Origin: a virus
Direction: 5' to 3' (one strand)
DNA length: 64,000 nt
IMG/VR virus record: IMGVR_UViG_2765236003_000003
Location: 753 to 64,752 of that record
Shown: in pieces, positions 1-9,867 of the stretch
Position numbering within the stretch: the first letter of the stretch is position 1
How the letters are laid out: each line of letters opens with the position of its first letter
Notes under the pieces: model-generated
Database searches by the model: none
Seen by the model: the letters and a program-made list of their open reading frames with translations, nothing else
Told to the model about the DNA's origin: nothing
Position numbers and translations under genes: made by a program

Positions 1-1
1 C

Positions 2-607
2 GATCCTGCGCCTCCGTTGGAGCCGGGCGCCGAGGACATTGTGGCGCTCGCCGCGGGCATTGAGCCGCCGCCGGTTGTCACCGACCCGGACCAGAGCACG
101 CACACCGGCACCGGCGTTGTGCCGGTCACCGACCCTGTGGAGTCGTCCGGTTCAACATCGGCGGGCGGCACGACCGAGCCGTCGACGGGTACTGCAACGG
201 GCTCGGACCCGGAGCCGACGGTCACCGAGGAGCCGAAGGAGCCGATCGCCGAGGAGAAGCCCGAGGAACCGGTGGCGGAGAAGTCCACGGACCCCGAGCC
301 GACCTCGGACCCCGCGCCCACGCCTGAGCAGCCCACCACAGAGTCCACGCCGCCGAGCGAGCCGGAGCAGCCCACGGCTCCCGTTGAGCCGACGCCGGTC
401 TACCCGGCCCCGCCGGCCACGGAGACGCCGGCACCGTCGCAGAATCAGGACGCCGCCGAGCCGCCGCCTCCCACCGATGCCGGTGGCGAAACGGCCGAGG
501 AACTGCCCGCAGCAGATGGGCAGGCGCCCGCGGACGTGCACCAGGAGGATGACGCCGGCGGGGAGCTGCTGGCGCTTCCGGAAGCCTGGATTGCCCCGGC
601 CGCGTAG
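2..607 (+). CDS. Pro/Glu/Thr-rich protein, C-terminal part (5' truncated by window)
   Basis: Frame is open from base 2; low-complexity P/E/T sequence; TAG at 605-607 followed by a hairpin. Confidence 0.65.
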   Translation, partial: DPAPPLEPGAEDIVALAAGIEPPPVVTDPDQSTHTGTGVVPVTDPVESSGSTSAGGTTEPSTGTATGSDPEPTVTEEPKEPIAEEKPEEPVAEKSTDPEPTSDPAPTPEQPTTESTPPSEPEQPTAPVEPTPVYPAPPATETPAPSQNQDAAEPPPPTDAGGETAEELPAADGQAPADVHQEDDAGGELLALPEAWIAPAA

Positions 608-611
608 CACG

Positions 612-644
612 ACGCGCCGCGCAGGAGACCCCTGCGCGGCGCGT
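612..644. terminator. Bidirectional terminator hairpin between convergent genes
   Basis: Perfect 14-bp stem ACGCGCCGCGCAGG/CCTGCGCGGCGCGT with 5-nt loop. Confidence 0.75.
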
Positions 645-661
645 TCTCGTCTGCGGCCGGA

Positions 662-1099
662 TCAGAAGGGCGGTTCGCTCGCCCACTGGTCGTCGGCCAC
701 CGGACGTCCAGCCGGGGCTGCGGCCGCGCGCGGCCCGCCGGTCTTGGTGACCTTGGCGGACGCGTTCTTCAGACTCACACCGACGTCCTCGACGTCGAGT
801 TCGTACACAGTGCGCTTGACCCCCTCACGGTCTTCGTAGGAACGCTGCTTGAGACGGCCCTGCACGATGACGCGGGTGCCTCGGGCCAGGGACTCCGCAG
901 CGTTCTCCGCTGCCTGCCGCCACACCGCGCAAGTCAGGAACAGGCTCTCGCCGTCCTTCCATTCGTTGGTCTGCCGGTCAAAGGTGCGCGGGGTCGAGGC
1001 GACGCGGAACTTCGCCACCGCGGCGCCGGAAGGGGTGAAGCGGAGTTCGGGATCGTCGACCAGGTTGCCGATCACGGTGATGACGGTCTCGCCTGCCAC
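662..1099 (-). CDS. ssb: Single-stranded DNA-binding protein
   Basis: [37 protein letters not shown]...; acidic C-terminus ending EPPF; GAAAGG RBS before GTG at 1099. Confidence 0.97.
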   Translation of the reverse strand: MAGETVITVIGNLVDDPELRFTPSGAAVAKFRVASTPRTFDRQTNEWKDGESLFLTCAVWRQAAENAAESLARGTRVIVQGRLKQRSYEDREGVKRTVYELDVEDVGVSLKNASAKVTKTGGPRAAAAPAGRPVADDQWASEPPF

Positions 1100-1158
1100 A
1101 GGAGCGGGGCCTTTCGTGTAGGCGGTCGGCCCCTTGCAAGGGCTGACCGAAGGGTGAG

Positions 1159-2238
1159 TCAGGAGAACAGGAGACGCCAGGTGAGCGGGCCGGGGATGCC
1201 GTCCGGGTCGCCGCGCAGCTCCTTGCTGGAGCGCTGGAAGTCGGCGACGTTCTGGCGGTCCGCGTCCGTCCATTTCGGGCCCGGCCCGGACGTGTAGTGG
1301 CGGCCGAAGCTCTTCTTCACGAGCTGCTTGCCGAGCAGCGTGATGTGGGAGTTGTTCTTGCCGGGCCCGAAGTAGGAGGCGCCGGGGAACGGCGGCATCG
1401 GCTTCGGCGCGGTCGTCTTCCCGGGGATCTTGAGCTTCTGGCCGGGCTTGATGGTGAACGGCGCCGCGATGCCGTTGGCCTTCGCGATGTCCTGCCACTT
1501 CACGCCGAGCCGCGCGCCGATCGCGGACAGGGTGTCCCCGGACTTCACGGTGTAGGTGGTGCTGCTGCCGGAGCTGCCGCCCGAGGAGCCGGAACCGCCG
1601 TCGTGGCCGGGCACCTTGGCCTTGGTCTTGGCTATGGAGATCAGCTTGGCGAAGTCGAGGTCACCCGGATCGCCGTGTTGGTTCTCCGGGACATGGGAGT
1701 GGCCACACCAGCCCTTGAAGTTTTTCCAGGCCGAGTGAGACATGCGGGCCTTGGTGGCGCCGTAGGAGGACGGGTAGGCGAGCCACGTCTTGGGGCCGGA
1801 GAGCCCGACGCCGTTGTTCTTGTACTGCCAGGCCAGGAACGTGGCGAGACTGTCCAGGGCCCAGTCCGCTGCATCCGGCCAGTAGATGTAGTCCTGGCCC
1901 GCCTTCGCGCCGTTCCAGGACTTCTTGTGCTTCGGGTCGCAGGTGCCCACCAGTTCGATCTGGATGGCGTTGAGTGTGTTGGTCTCGACGCCGCCGGCGA
2001 GGTTGACCAGCGCGCGGGCGGACCGGTTGAACGGGTAGTGCTGGTAGAAGTCCAGGCGCTTCTTCGCGAAGTTCGGCTTCGCGGTGATGTTCGGGGCTGA
2101 GGCTCCGTTTTCGTACGACGGCAGGGACGTGCCCTCGGTGGTGTGGATGACGCCGCAGTTCGGCTTGATCAGGGAGCCGTTGTACCGGCCCGAGTAGTCG
2201 TACGCGCGGCTGGCGCCGGGGTAGTAGGTGACGGTCAC
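1159..2238 (-). CDS. Endolysin: amidase_2-like domain + LysM + peptidoglycan-binding domain
   Basis: VIHTTEG, QIELVG and [14 protein letters not shown] amidase motifs; [13 protein letters not shown] LysM; C-terminal DGIPGPLTW. Confidence 0.93.
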   Translation of the reverse strand: MTVTYYPGASRAYDYSGRYNGSLIKPNCGVIHTTEGTSLPSYENGASAPNITAKPNFAKKRLDFYQHYPFNRSARALVNLAGGVETNTLNAIQIELVGTCDPKHKKSWNGAKAGQDYIYWPDAADWALDSLATFLAWQYKNNGVGLSGPKTWLAYPSSYGATKARMSHSAWKNFKGWCGHSHVPENQHGDPGDLDFAKLISIAKTKAKVPGHDGGSGSSGGSSGSSTTYTVKSGDTLSAIGARLGVKWQDIAKANGIAAPFTIKPGQKLKIPGKTTAPKPMPPFPGASYFGPGKNNSHITLLGKQLVKKSFGRHYTSGPGPKWTDADRQNVADFQRSSKELRGDPDGIPGPLTWRLLFS

Positions 2239-2276
2239 GGTGCGGTTCCTCCGGTGCTGGTGAGCAGGGAGGGAGC

Positions 2277-2307
2277 ACGGTGACGGCCGGTGTGGGTTAG
2301 TGTCGCG
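2277..2307 (-). promoter_or_regulatory. Conserved phage promoter copy 1 (endolysin)
   Basis: Minus strand CGCGAC-actaacccacaccggccgt(19)-CACCGT. Confidence 0.75.
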
Positions 2308-2310
2308 TCC

Positions 2311-2955
2311 TCAGTCGTCGATCAGCTCGGCGTCCACGACCTGGCCGTCCTCCAACTGCGGCGGGTCGGGGTACTGCACCGCGAACAGCGTCTTGTTCAG
2401 GCGCTCGGCGAGAGCCGTGAGGTCGACGCGTTCCTCCTGAACTGCCTCGCTGTGGTCCAGGCCGGTGATCTCGACGGCGATGGCCGCGTCCTTGCCGTAA
2501 TGGTGGCGGTGCTGTCGCTCCAGGTACCACGCGTCGGCACGCCAGTCCGGCGCTGTGCGGTCCTCGGTGACCTCCTCGACGATCTGTCCGGTCTCGGGGT
2601 CGCGGAACTTCCGTGTCGTGACCTTGGTGACGATCCCGCCGTCGGCGACCCGACGGATGTTGGCCACGGCGCGGGCTGCGGCTACGGCGCGGGCCGTGCG
2701 GACCCTTTCGAACAATGCGACATACGGGTCCTCCTCCTTGTTCGGGGCCTGCCCGTCTTCTCGCGCGGCGATCTCAGCGCGGCCGCGGGCCATCCACCGA
2801 CGGTAGGTCGAGCTCGAGATGCCGGCTGCCTCGACGGCAAGCTCGACGGCGATGCCGGTACGGCACGCGGCGACGATCCGGCTCTCGACTGCTTCGGACA
2901 GCAGGGTGGGGCGCCCTCCGACGTCAGGGCGGCGCGGCTTGCGGCGGTTGGACAT
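2311..2955 (-). CDS. Terminase small subunit-like HTH protein
   Basis: GRPTLL...AVEAAGISSSTYRRW HTH and DWRADAWYLER motif; AGGAG RBS before ATG at 2955. Confidence 0.65.
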   Translation of the reverse strand: MSNRRKPRRPDVGGRPTLLSEAVESRIVAACRTGIAVELAVEAAGISSSTYRRWMARGRAEIAAREDGQAPNKEEDPYVALFERVRTARAVAAARAVANIRRVADGGIVTKVTTRKFRDPETGQIVEEVTEDRTAPDWRADAWYLERQHRHHYGKDAAIAVEITGLDHSEAVQEERVDLTALAERLNKTLFAVQYPDPPQLEDGQVVDAELIDD

Positions 2956-2966
2956 GGCGCGGCTCC

Positions 2967-3608
2967 TCAGTGGCCGGGCGTGAACGCGTGCCCGCAGGCC
3001 GGGCAAGTGGCCAGACGCGAGCGTCCTTCGTCGTCCGGCGTGAGGCCGTCGCCGCCCAGGCCGTCCGCGACGTCGTCAGGGAGGTGCAACACAGGCGCCT
3101 GGCCCTCGTTGACGGCGCCGGGCAGCGTCTCGGGATCGACCTGGCGCAGCAGGGTCTCCAGCTCGTCCTCGGGAATGGCGAGGGAGTCGAACAGCTCGGC
3201 GTCGGCCGTCACGATGTCTGCGAGGTACGCGGCGAGGGAGCGTGGCTGCCAGCCGCCGTCAGCACCGATCTTGTTGAGCTTGATGTTCAGGGCCTTGGCC
3301 TCGGCGTCGGATCGGGAGGCCCAGCCCCGCTGAACGGGCACGAGCCAGCCGCCGTCGTTGTCCAGGAGTATCCCGTCCGGGAGCGGCGTGCCGCGGGTCT
3401 GCATCTCGATCAGGGCTTCGCGGCGGCCGTGCCCGCCGAGGATGGTGCCCGTGCGCTCGTCGGCGATGGGCTGGTCGACGAAGCCATGTGTGGCGATGCT
3501 CTCGATGATCCGCTCGACCTCGTGCTTCTTGGGGTTCCCGGGGGCGGGGGCGAGGTCGGTCAGCGGAACGTAGGTGGTGTAGCGGGGGGCGGGCACGGTC
3601 TCGTTCAC
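2967..3608 (-). CDS. ParB/Srx-like N-terminal domain protein with C-terminal CxxC
   Basis: LAPAPGNPKKH...SIATHGFVDQPIADERTGTILGGHGRREAL; ends TCPACGHAF. Confidence 0.8.
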   Translation of the reverse strand: MNETVPAPRYTTYVPLTDLAPAPGNPKKHEVERIIESIATHGFVDQPIADERTGTILGGHGRREALIEMQTRGTPLPDGILLDNDGGWLVPVQRGWASRSDAEAKALNIKLNKIGADGGWQPRSLAAYLADIVTADAELFDSLAIPEDELETLLRQVDPETLPGAVNEGQAPVLHLPDDVADGLGGDGLTPDDEGRSRLATCPACGHAFTPGH

Positions 3609-3620
3609 GGCTGTCCTTCC

Positions 3621-3783
3621 GGCGGTTGGGGGGGTGCCGGCGGCGGGGCGGTCTGCGAGCCCGCGGACTTCAACCGCGGCGCCCCGCCTCGCAAGCGGGG
3701 CATGCCGTCATGGCCGGGCCACTCCCGCCGCCGAACCGGTGCCGTCCTCGTTCCGGATGGGGCGTCACCGGAGCCCGACCGCC
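3621..3783 (-). ncRNA. Structured leader RNA with tRNA-like cloverleaf
   Basis: Nested stems 3621-3630/3774-3783 and 3638-3647/3724-3733; two 7-nt-loop arms at 3661-3679 and 3681-3701. Confidence 0.5.
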
Positions 3784-3819
3784 CTTGGCGACGTCACCAG
3801 GGGCAGGAGAGCCACGCGG

Positions 3820-3850
3820 AAGGTAATGGGCGCGGTTGGCTTGTGTCGCG
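3820..3850 (-). promoter_or_regulatory. Conserved phage promoter copy 2
   Basis: CGCGAC-acaagccaaccgcgcccat(19)-TACCTT. Confidence 0.7.
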
Positions 3851-3955
3851 GTGTCAGGCCGGTCGATGACTTCGGACGGCATCCTTCTGGGGCCACTGGA
3901 GCTGTGTGAACGCCTGCGGTCAAGACGATCGCTGTCACCTGTGTCCACAAGAAGG

Positions 3956-3985
3956 CCTGAGCGCCCTCATGGTTGGGCGCTCAGG
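3956..3985. terminator. Terminator hairpin downstream of TPR gene
   Basis: 11-bp perfect stem CCTGAGCGCCC/GGGCGCTCAGG. Confidence 0.65.
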
Positions 3986-4023
3986 TGGACCGAAAAGCGT
4001 CAGAGCCTCCGTCACGAATCGGT

Positions 4024-5064
4024 TCAACCAGATACCTTGCTCCGCACAGCACGCAGCACAGTCTTAGCGCTCTCGTTGCCAGGCTCCTTCTTTAGTACAT
4101 ACTCACAGTCTCTCAAGGCATCCTTGTACTTCCCGAGCTGATAATAGGCGGCACTGCGATTCACTCGCAGAAGGCATTCTTCCGGGTCTATCTTTACCGC
4201 TCGGTCGAAAAACGATACCGCCTCTCTGTATTTGCCCAGCCTGAAGTGACAGTACCCCATTGCGGCCCAAAGGCTTTGCCTTCCCGAATCGGTCAAGTCG
4301 CGCGGTGTAACTTCTTGGCAATCATCAAGTGCTGCTCTCCAGTCTTCCAGTAGTTGATATGCTTCAGCCCGTCCGAGAAATGCTTGAGATCTTTGCTTTC
4401 GAGTATGGCTGAGGGATAGTGCACGGTCGTAGTCCTTTATGGCATCGCTTGGCCTGTTGGACACCATTAGAGTATCTCCACGTCTAAGGTAAGCCCTACG
4501 GTAGTTTGGGTCTTGAGACAGAATTTGAGTCAGCAGCGTTACTGCTTCTGGGTGCTTCCCTGTGCGGTTGAGGGCCGATGCCTCTTCCAGCAGGGCATCA
4601 GTCGATGGCGTCTGGGTAGGCGCTTCCGAAAGTTCCGGTTCGTAGGGCCTCTGGTATCTGTAGCTGTACCAGAAGGTGCCTCTGGGGAGAGGCTCGAAGC
4701 CGTGAGAAACGGCGCTTTCGTGTATCCGGTTCAATTGCTCTTGAGCTTCTTCTCTATCCTTGCGGGAAAGTTGTTCAATGGGGGCGGAGTTGAACTTAAC
4801 GAAATCTGCCGTCATGGCTTCATAGGTGCCGTCAGGGCTTTGTATTCGAGCGACGAACCGGCACTTCCAAACCCCTCCCGGCGCAGTTCCCAGTATGCTC
4901 GAAATGAAGCCTGCCCCGTAATTCATTCCCACGACGTACGCGTCAACTTCCATATACTCCATCTGTTGCGTCATTGGCTGTGCTGCACCGTCTAGCCTGT
5001 TTCCGCAATCTTGGCAGAAGCTAGCATTGGGTGAGACTTGAGAGCCGCATCGTGAGCAATACAT
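4024..5064 (-). CDS. Zinc-ribbon + TPR repeat protein (moron)
   Basis: MYCSRCG...FCQDCG zinc ribbon; C-terminal TPRs (AYLRRGD..., AFLGRAEAY..., NRSAAYYQLG); visibly AT-richer than flanks. Confidence 0.85.
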   Translation of the reverse strand: MYCSRCGSQVSPNASFCQDCGNRLDGAAQPMTQQMEYMEVDAYVVGMNYGAGFISSILGTAPGGVWKCRFVARIQSPDGTYEAMTADFVKFNSAPIEQLSRKDREEAQEQLNRIHESAVSHGFEPLPRGTFWYSYRYQRPYEPELSEAPTQTPSTDALLEEASALNRTGKHPEAVTLLTQILSQDPNYRRAYLRRGDTLMVSNRPSDAIKDYDRALSLSHTRKQRSQAFLGRAEAYQLLEDWRAALDDCQEVTPRDLTDSGRQSLWAAMGYCHFRLGKYREAVSFFDRAVKIDPEECLLRVNRSAAYYQLGKYKDALRDCEYVLKKEPGNESAKTVLRAVRSKVSG

Positions 5065-5685
5065 GGCTTCTCCAGGGCACGTGCCATCGGGGCCATGACG
5101 GCTTCCATCTGCTGAAATGTTCCTCAATCAAGTCCAACGCCGCGGCTGTGCTGTTGCAACCTGAGTCAGAGCAGGAAGTGGAGTCCTGATCCAGACCACT
5201 GCATGCTCGAGGGTCCGCGGCTGGAGTGCCACGCGCACCGCTACCCCCGCCAGCGCTCAGAGCGTTCTGTGGACCCTTTGATCGGTGCCACGTCCACCCG
5301 CCGGTCAGGCGCGGATTGCGTACCGCGCCCGGACGACTCAGGCCCACCCGCGAGGTCTGATGATGCTCGAACTGGCCCCTTGGGGCGCGCTTCTGGTCTG
5401 ATCCAGGGGCGGGTTCACGCTTGCATGAGTCCAGGATTCTGGGGACCCGCGCGCTTTGGCCTGCGCGCTGAGAAGTTGAGGTGCCCATCGATCGCCGCGA
5501 CGACCTCGCCCTATGGTGACGCATGCTGTACTATTTTCTGTGGCCGGGAGAGCAACCCAGCCACCTGGGCCTAGGTGTCACAGATTTCGCCGATCGACGT
5601 ACTACCAGGCGACGCCCTCTGCACCCCGCCCAGGACAGACCCGAATATCCCTGGGCCACGCCCAGGGTGAGAAAGGACCCCCCGT

Positions 5686-6270
5686 ATGTCGTACGACGAC
5701 GTCGACCAGACGCCGGAACCCGTCCTGTCCCTGGGCGACGCCGCGATCCTCTCGGTCTTCGCGAAGCTGTTCAAGGACCACGTCGTCCCCGCGATCGACG
5801 AAAAGATCGCCGCCGTGAAGGGTCCACTCCTCGCCGCGTACGACGACCCCGAGAGCAGCACAAAGTCCATCGACGCCAAGGTCAACGGCATCGCTGTCGC
5901 CACGCACACAGTGGCGATCTCCAAGGACAAGTACATCCTCGACGACGAGGAAGCGTTCAACGCCTTCGCAGAGGAGCACGGCGAGGTCGAGGTGATCATC
6001 CAGGCCCGGCCCGCGTTCCGCGACAAGATGCTCAAGCTCGCGAAGTACGACAAGGCCACCGGCGTCATCGTCGACAAGACCACGGGTGAGGTGATCCCCG
6101 GCATCACCCGCGTCCCCGGCGGCAAGCCCACCGGCTCTGTGTCCCTGCGCTGGAAGGGCGGCGGCCAGGAAGCGGTCTTGGAGGCGTTCCACAAGGGAGA
6201 GCTCGACAGTCTGCTGCGCGGTGTGCCCATGCTCCCCGCCGCGCCCGACCGCAGCCCCGAGCAGCAGTAG
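5686..6270 (+). CDS. Phage hypothetical protein (early region)
   Basis: GAAAGGA RBS; strong G/C third-position bias. Confidence 0.85.
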   Translation: MSYDDVDQTPEPVLSLGDAAILSVFAKLFKDHVVPAIDEKIAAVKGPLLAAYDDPESSTKSIDAKVNGIAVATHTVAISKDKYILDDEEAFNAFAEEHGEVEVIIQARPAFRDKMLKLAKYDKATGVIVDKTTGEVIPGITRVPGGKPTGSVSLRWKGGGQEAVLEAFHKGELDSLLRGVPMLPAAPDRSPEQQ

Positions 6271-6342
6271 CCCACCGCACCGTCGAACGACGGCCCGGCC
6301 GCCCCTCACCGCGGCCGGGCTCCCTCCCGAAGGGCTACCGCC

Positions 6343-6636
6343 TTGTCCAGCACAACCGTTGACATCGCCCCGGCACTTGCCGGAGGCATATCTGACCGTG
6401 CGTTCCGCCTGTACTGCTACTTCCTCCACTACAGCCGGGGCGGCTGGGTCACCGTCCAGGAAGCTGCCGACGCGTGCAGCCTGACCAACCACCAAGCTCG
6501 TGAACCCCTCTCCGAACTGAGGGCAGAGGGCATGGTTGAGTCCCGGCGCGTCTACGAGATGGGCGCCCACGGCCGCAAGACGTGGCACACCCACTTCCGT
6601 TTGCTGCCCGAGACGGCGAACGAGGCAGCAGCGTGA
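6343..6636 (+). CDS. Winged-HTH DNA-binding protein
   Basis: ISDRAFRLYCY...TVQEAADACSLTNHQAREPLSELRAEGMV. Confidence 0.75.
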   Translation: MSSTTVDIAPALAGGISDRAFRLYCYFLHYSRGGWVTVQEAADACSLTNHQAREPLSELRAEGMVESRRVYEMGAHGRKTWHTHFRLLPETANEAAA

Positions 6637-7640
6637 CCGACCGCAGCGCGGTGCGCCGCAACCGCCGCCACCACTACGTCCAGGTCGAGTCCACGACCGC
6701 CCGGGATACCCGCCTGAGCTACCGCGCGCTCGGCTTGCTCACGTACTGCCTCGACCAGTCCGACAGTTGGAATGTCCGTTCCGAACAACTCGCCCGTGGC
6801 GAGGGGCGAGAGGGACGCGACGCGGTCCGCAAGGCCCTCCACGAGCTGGCCGCTCACGGGTACTACCGACTGGAGCGACGCCGCTTCCTGGACGGCACGA
6901 CTGGCATGGGTGCGGCGGTCAGTGAATACCCCGTCGAGCAGTGGGCGCAGGACTACGTCACCTTCGGCAAGAAGCTGGACATTCCCGTCGTCGAGCAGGA
7001 GGACGGGAGCTTCCGCGTCCGTTACGCCGACGGCAGCCTTGGCCCCGACGGCTTCGCCTCCAGCCCCGACGTACCCGACGCGGCGCTGAACGACGACGCG
7101 GCCGTTGACCCCGAGCCGCAGCCGAAGTCGAAGAAGAGGCCGCGCACTACCCCGCCGGCCGCGGCCCGCGCCGCCGCGAAGAATCAGGGCGGAGAGCCGA
7201 CGAGCAGCGCCACAGACATGAAAGCGCAGTCCGGCGAACAGGAGGAAGCGGCCAAGGGGAAGACACCCGCGGAGGAGGTTGCCGCCTGGTACTACGACCA
7301 CGCCACGCAGCACCTTGGCCCGTACGCGGGCAAGAAGAAGTCCGGCTGGTACTTCGGCCTCGTCAAGCTCAGCGAGCAGGCCCTGGACGCGCAGTACACA
7401 CAGAAACAGGTGGCCAAAGCGTTCCAACGCACGGGCGTTCACTTCCCGACGGCGCACCAGTTCCAACGGGCGCTGAGTGACGAGCGGAACAACAGGCCGA
7501 TGCCCGCCCAGTACGGCGGTCGGCCCGCCCCCTACAGCGACGCCGCGACCTGGGGCGTGAACGACATGGCCAGCCCTCCGCCCCAGAGCACTCCCGAAGA
7601 CCACGACGACGGTGCCGAGTTCGGCATCGTCCCCGCCTGA
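6633..7640 (+). CDS. Phage replication initiator-like protein
   Basis: DTRLSYRALGLLTY...EGRDAVRKALHELAAHGY N-terminal wHTH; GTGA overlap with upstream gene; followed by DnaC-like ATPase. Confidence 0.75.
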   Translation: MTDRSAVRRNRRHHYVQVESTTARDTRLSYRALGLLTYCLDQSDSWNVRSEQLARGEGREGRDAVRKALHELAAHGYYRLERRRFLDGTTGMGAAVSEYPVEQWAQDYVTFGKKLDIPVVEQEDGSFRVRYADGSLGPDGFASSPDVPDAALNDDAAVDPEPQPKSKKRPRTTPPAAARAAAKNQGGEPTSSATDMKAQSGEQEEAAKGKTPAEEVAAWYYDHATQHLGPYAGKKKSGWYFGLVKLSEQALDAQYTQKQVAKAFQRTGVHFPTAHQFQRALSDERNNRPMPAQYGGRPAPYSDAATWGVNDMASPPPQSTPEDHDDGAEFGIVPA

Positions 7641-7658
7641 CGCCAAGGAGAACGAGCG

Positions 7659-8459
7659 GTGAGCACCATGGCAGCCGAGCGCTTCATCCCCGAGCGCGAG
7701 CCGAAGCGACTGTTCGAGGTCACCGACCGACTGCTTGCGGCCCTGCGACGCGGAGGGGCCGACCTCTCGCAGCTCGGCATACCTGCCCCGCCTGACGAGG
7801 GCGATGACCTCGAACTGTGGGAAGACGTGTCCGTGCCGCAGGCCAACGCCCGCGCACTCGCTTGGAAGAACAGCATGAAGGCCGCTGATCACGACGACTA
7901 CCTGAAGTGGCGCTTCGCCGACCTCGACGACTACCAGCGGCCCCAGGCGCTCGGCGGCTGGCTCGACTCGCTCGTCGAGGCCAAGAGGAAGAAGGCGCGG
8001 CCCAGCACCATGCACTTCATCGTGTCGGGGAACATCGGCTCGGGAAAGACGACCGCGGTCGCCGCGCTCGGCAACGAGGCTGCGGAGCGTGGTCTGCTCG
8101 TGCGGTTCGTCCAGCACTCCACGTACCTCACCTGGCGCCGCCCCGACGGCGGCCCCGATGGGCTGAGCCGCTTCGAGATCCGTAAGCGGCACGTCGAGGA
8201 CCCGGACCTGTTGATCCTCGACGAACTGTGCGGCGAGATGGACGGCGTGCAGACGGAGTTCGTCCGCCGTGAGACGACGGACCTGGTCGGTTCCCGCCTC
8301 GCGTCCGGTCGCCCCACGATGTTCTCGACGAACCTCAAGCGTGACGGCATCAAGGCCGTCCTTGGGGAACGGCTCCTCTCGCGCATCGAGGACCGGGCGT
8401 ACCTGGCGAAGGTCGTCGGGCCGGACCGGCGCACTCCTCGAAAGCCGCTCGACTGGTGA
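7659..8459 (+). CDS. DnaC/IstB-like AAA+ ATPase (helicase loader)
   Basis: Walker A GNIGSGKT; Walker B LLILDEL; STN and GERLLSRI motifs. Confidence 0.9.
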   Translation: MSTMAAERFIPEREPKRLFEVTDRLLAALRRGGADLSQLGIPAPPDEGDDLELWEDVSVPQANARALAWKNSMKAADHDDYLKWRFADLDDYQRPQALGGWLDSLVEAKRKKARPSTMHFIVSGNIGSGKTTAVAALGNEAAERGLLVRFVQHSTYLTWRRPDGGPDGLSRFEIRKRHVEDPDLLILDELCGEMDGVQTEFVRRETTDLVGSRLASGRPTMFSTNLKRDGIKAVLGERLLSRIEDRAYLAKVVGPDRRTPRKPLDW

Positions 8460-8600
8460 ACTCCAGCCCCTGAAGCGGGGGGTGGCGCGTCAGACAACGA
8501 TCATGTGCAGCGAGGCAGACGCGGACGCTATATCGTTTGGGCAACCCGAGGACCGACGAGCATAGGTCCCTCGGGCAGACCCGAACGAAAGGGACGTGTC

Positions 8601-9584
8601 TTGCCGAAGCTGCCCACCATACGTGCCATTACCCAGGGCGAGCGGGAGCTGCGAGATTGGCACCGCAACCTGCGCATCGGAGCCGCTGCCGCAGGCTTCG
8701 GGATGATGCTCGCCTCCCTCTATCAACTCCACTGGGCAGGAACTCTTATCGGCTTCCCCGGTGTCGCTGCTGGCGCAATGGCGGTCGCCCTGGAACTGCT
8801 CCTCGCTTTCAACGCCGGTGCGGTCACCTCGATCCGGCGACGCGGCGCGGACGGCCGCGAGGGCGGCTACTACTGGTCGCTCTGGCTGATCTTCGGATTC
8901 CTGCTGTGCATCTCGATCGCCGCGAACGTGGGCCACGCAGTGGTCGCGCTCAGCGAATGGTTCAGCACGGGCGGCGCTCCGACGGTCATGGCGGACAACC
9001 AGGTCTACGTGTACGTGGTCGGCGGAGCGGTCGCCGCGATGGTGCCGCTCGGCGGCAGCTTCGGACTGCACATCTCCGGCTTCGTCCGGGCACGTGGCGC
9101 GGGATCGGACTGGGTCGACGTGGACGGGACAGGGGCGCTGCTCGACACGGCGGCTCCGCTGCCCGCTCCCCGGAAGGCATCGGCAACACCGCGCCCCGTA
9201 GCGAAGGCTCCTGCGCCGAAGCGCAAGGCGCCGGAGCAGGAGGACCAGCCGGCGCCCGCGTCGCAGGACGAGGAGCCGCAGCCGGAGAAGCATGAGCGCG
9301 AGGCCACACCGGAGATTGAACCCGTGACCGTGCTGACTGAGGAAGAGCTGTACGCCATCTACAAGGCGGCCAAGGACGCAGGCGAGGAGCACCGCTTCGG
9401 AACGCGCGGGGACTTGAACCCGACTCAACTGGGCCGCCGACTGGGGCAGAGCCCTCAGAACGGGCGGAAGAACGTCGGCCCGCGCTTCGACGCCCGCTAC
9501 CGGGCGGAGAAGCAGGAAGAGCGCGGCGACGGCGTGGACCTGGATGGTCTCGAGGCCGGTAGCGATTCCGCTCAGGCATCCTGA
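8601..9584 (+). CDS. DUF2637/Spd-like multi-TM membrane protein
   Basis: Four hydrophobic segments with ISIAANVGHA; Pro/Glu linker; C-terminal HTH-like PTQLGRRLG; GAAAGGGA RBS. Confidence 0.65.
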   Translation: MPKLPTIRAITQGERELRDWHRNLRIGAAAAGFGMMLASLYQLHWAGTLIGFPGVAAGAMAVALELLLAFNAGAVTSIRRRGADGREGGYYWSLWLIFGFLLCISIAANVGHAVVALSEWFSTGGAPTVMADNQVYVYVVGGAVAAMVPLGGSFGLHISGFVRARGAGSDWVDVDGTGALLDTAAPLPAPRKASATPRPVAKAPAPKRKAPEQEDQPAPASQDEEPQPEKHEREATPEIEPVTVLTEEELYAIYKAAKDAGEEHRFGTRGDLNPTQLGRRLGQSPQNGRKNVGPRFDARYRAEKQEERGDGVDLDGLEAGSDSAQAS

Positions 9585-9867
9585 CGTCCCGCACCTACTT
9601 CGCGGCGGGCGCACCCGAGTCGGGTGCACCCGCCACTTGCATGACCGGGCCCCTACAGAACCCCCGAGATCCTCGCCCGTCTCGGTGCCGCTCGCACGTA
9701 CCGCGACCTGTCTGACCTGGCCGGGCAGGCCGTTTTCGCTGCTGCGCACGGCGACGGTGGCGGGGACACCTACAACTTCTACAGCCCACCCTCGACATGA
9801 CGGTCCGCGACCTGGACACCCTCCGGCGGCGCCGAAATGCCGAGGCCCGGTGGGGAGGCCACGATGC

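Noticed and set aside
3638-3733. Canonical tRNA-Arg gene
   Set aside because: Lacks D-loop GG, C56, proper acceptor geometry and CCA; kept only as tRNA-like
5100-5520. ORFs 5021..5524 and 5203..5574
   Set aside because: No codon bias or motifs; treated as a divergent intergenic region
9600-9860. Small ORFs between DUF2637-like gene and moron
   Set aside because: Low-information sequence, no RBS; unsupported
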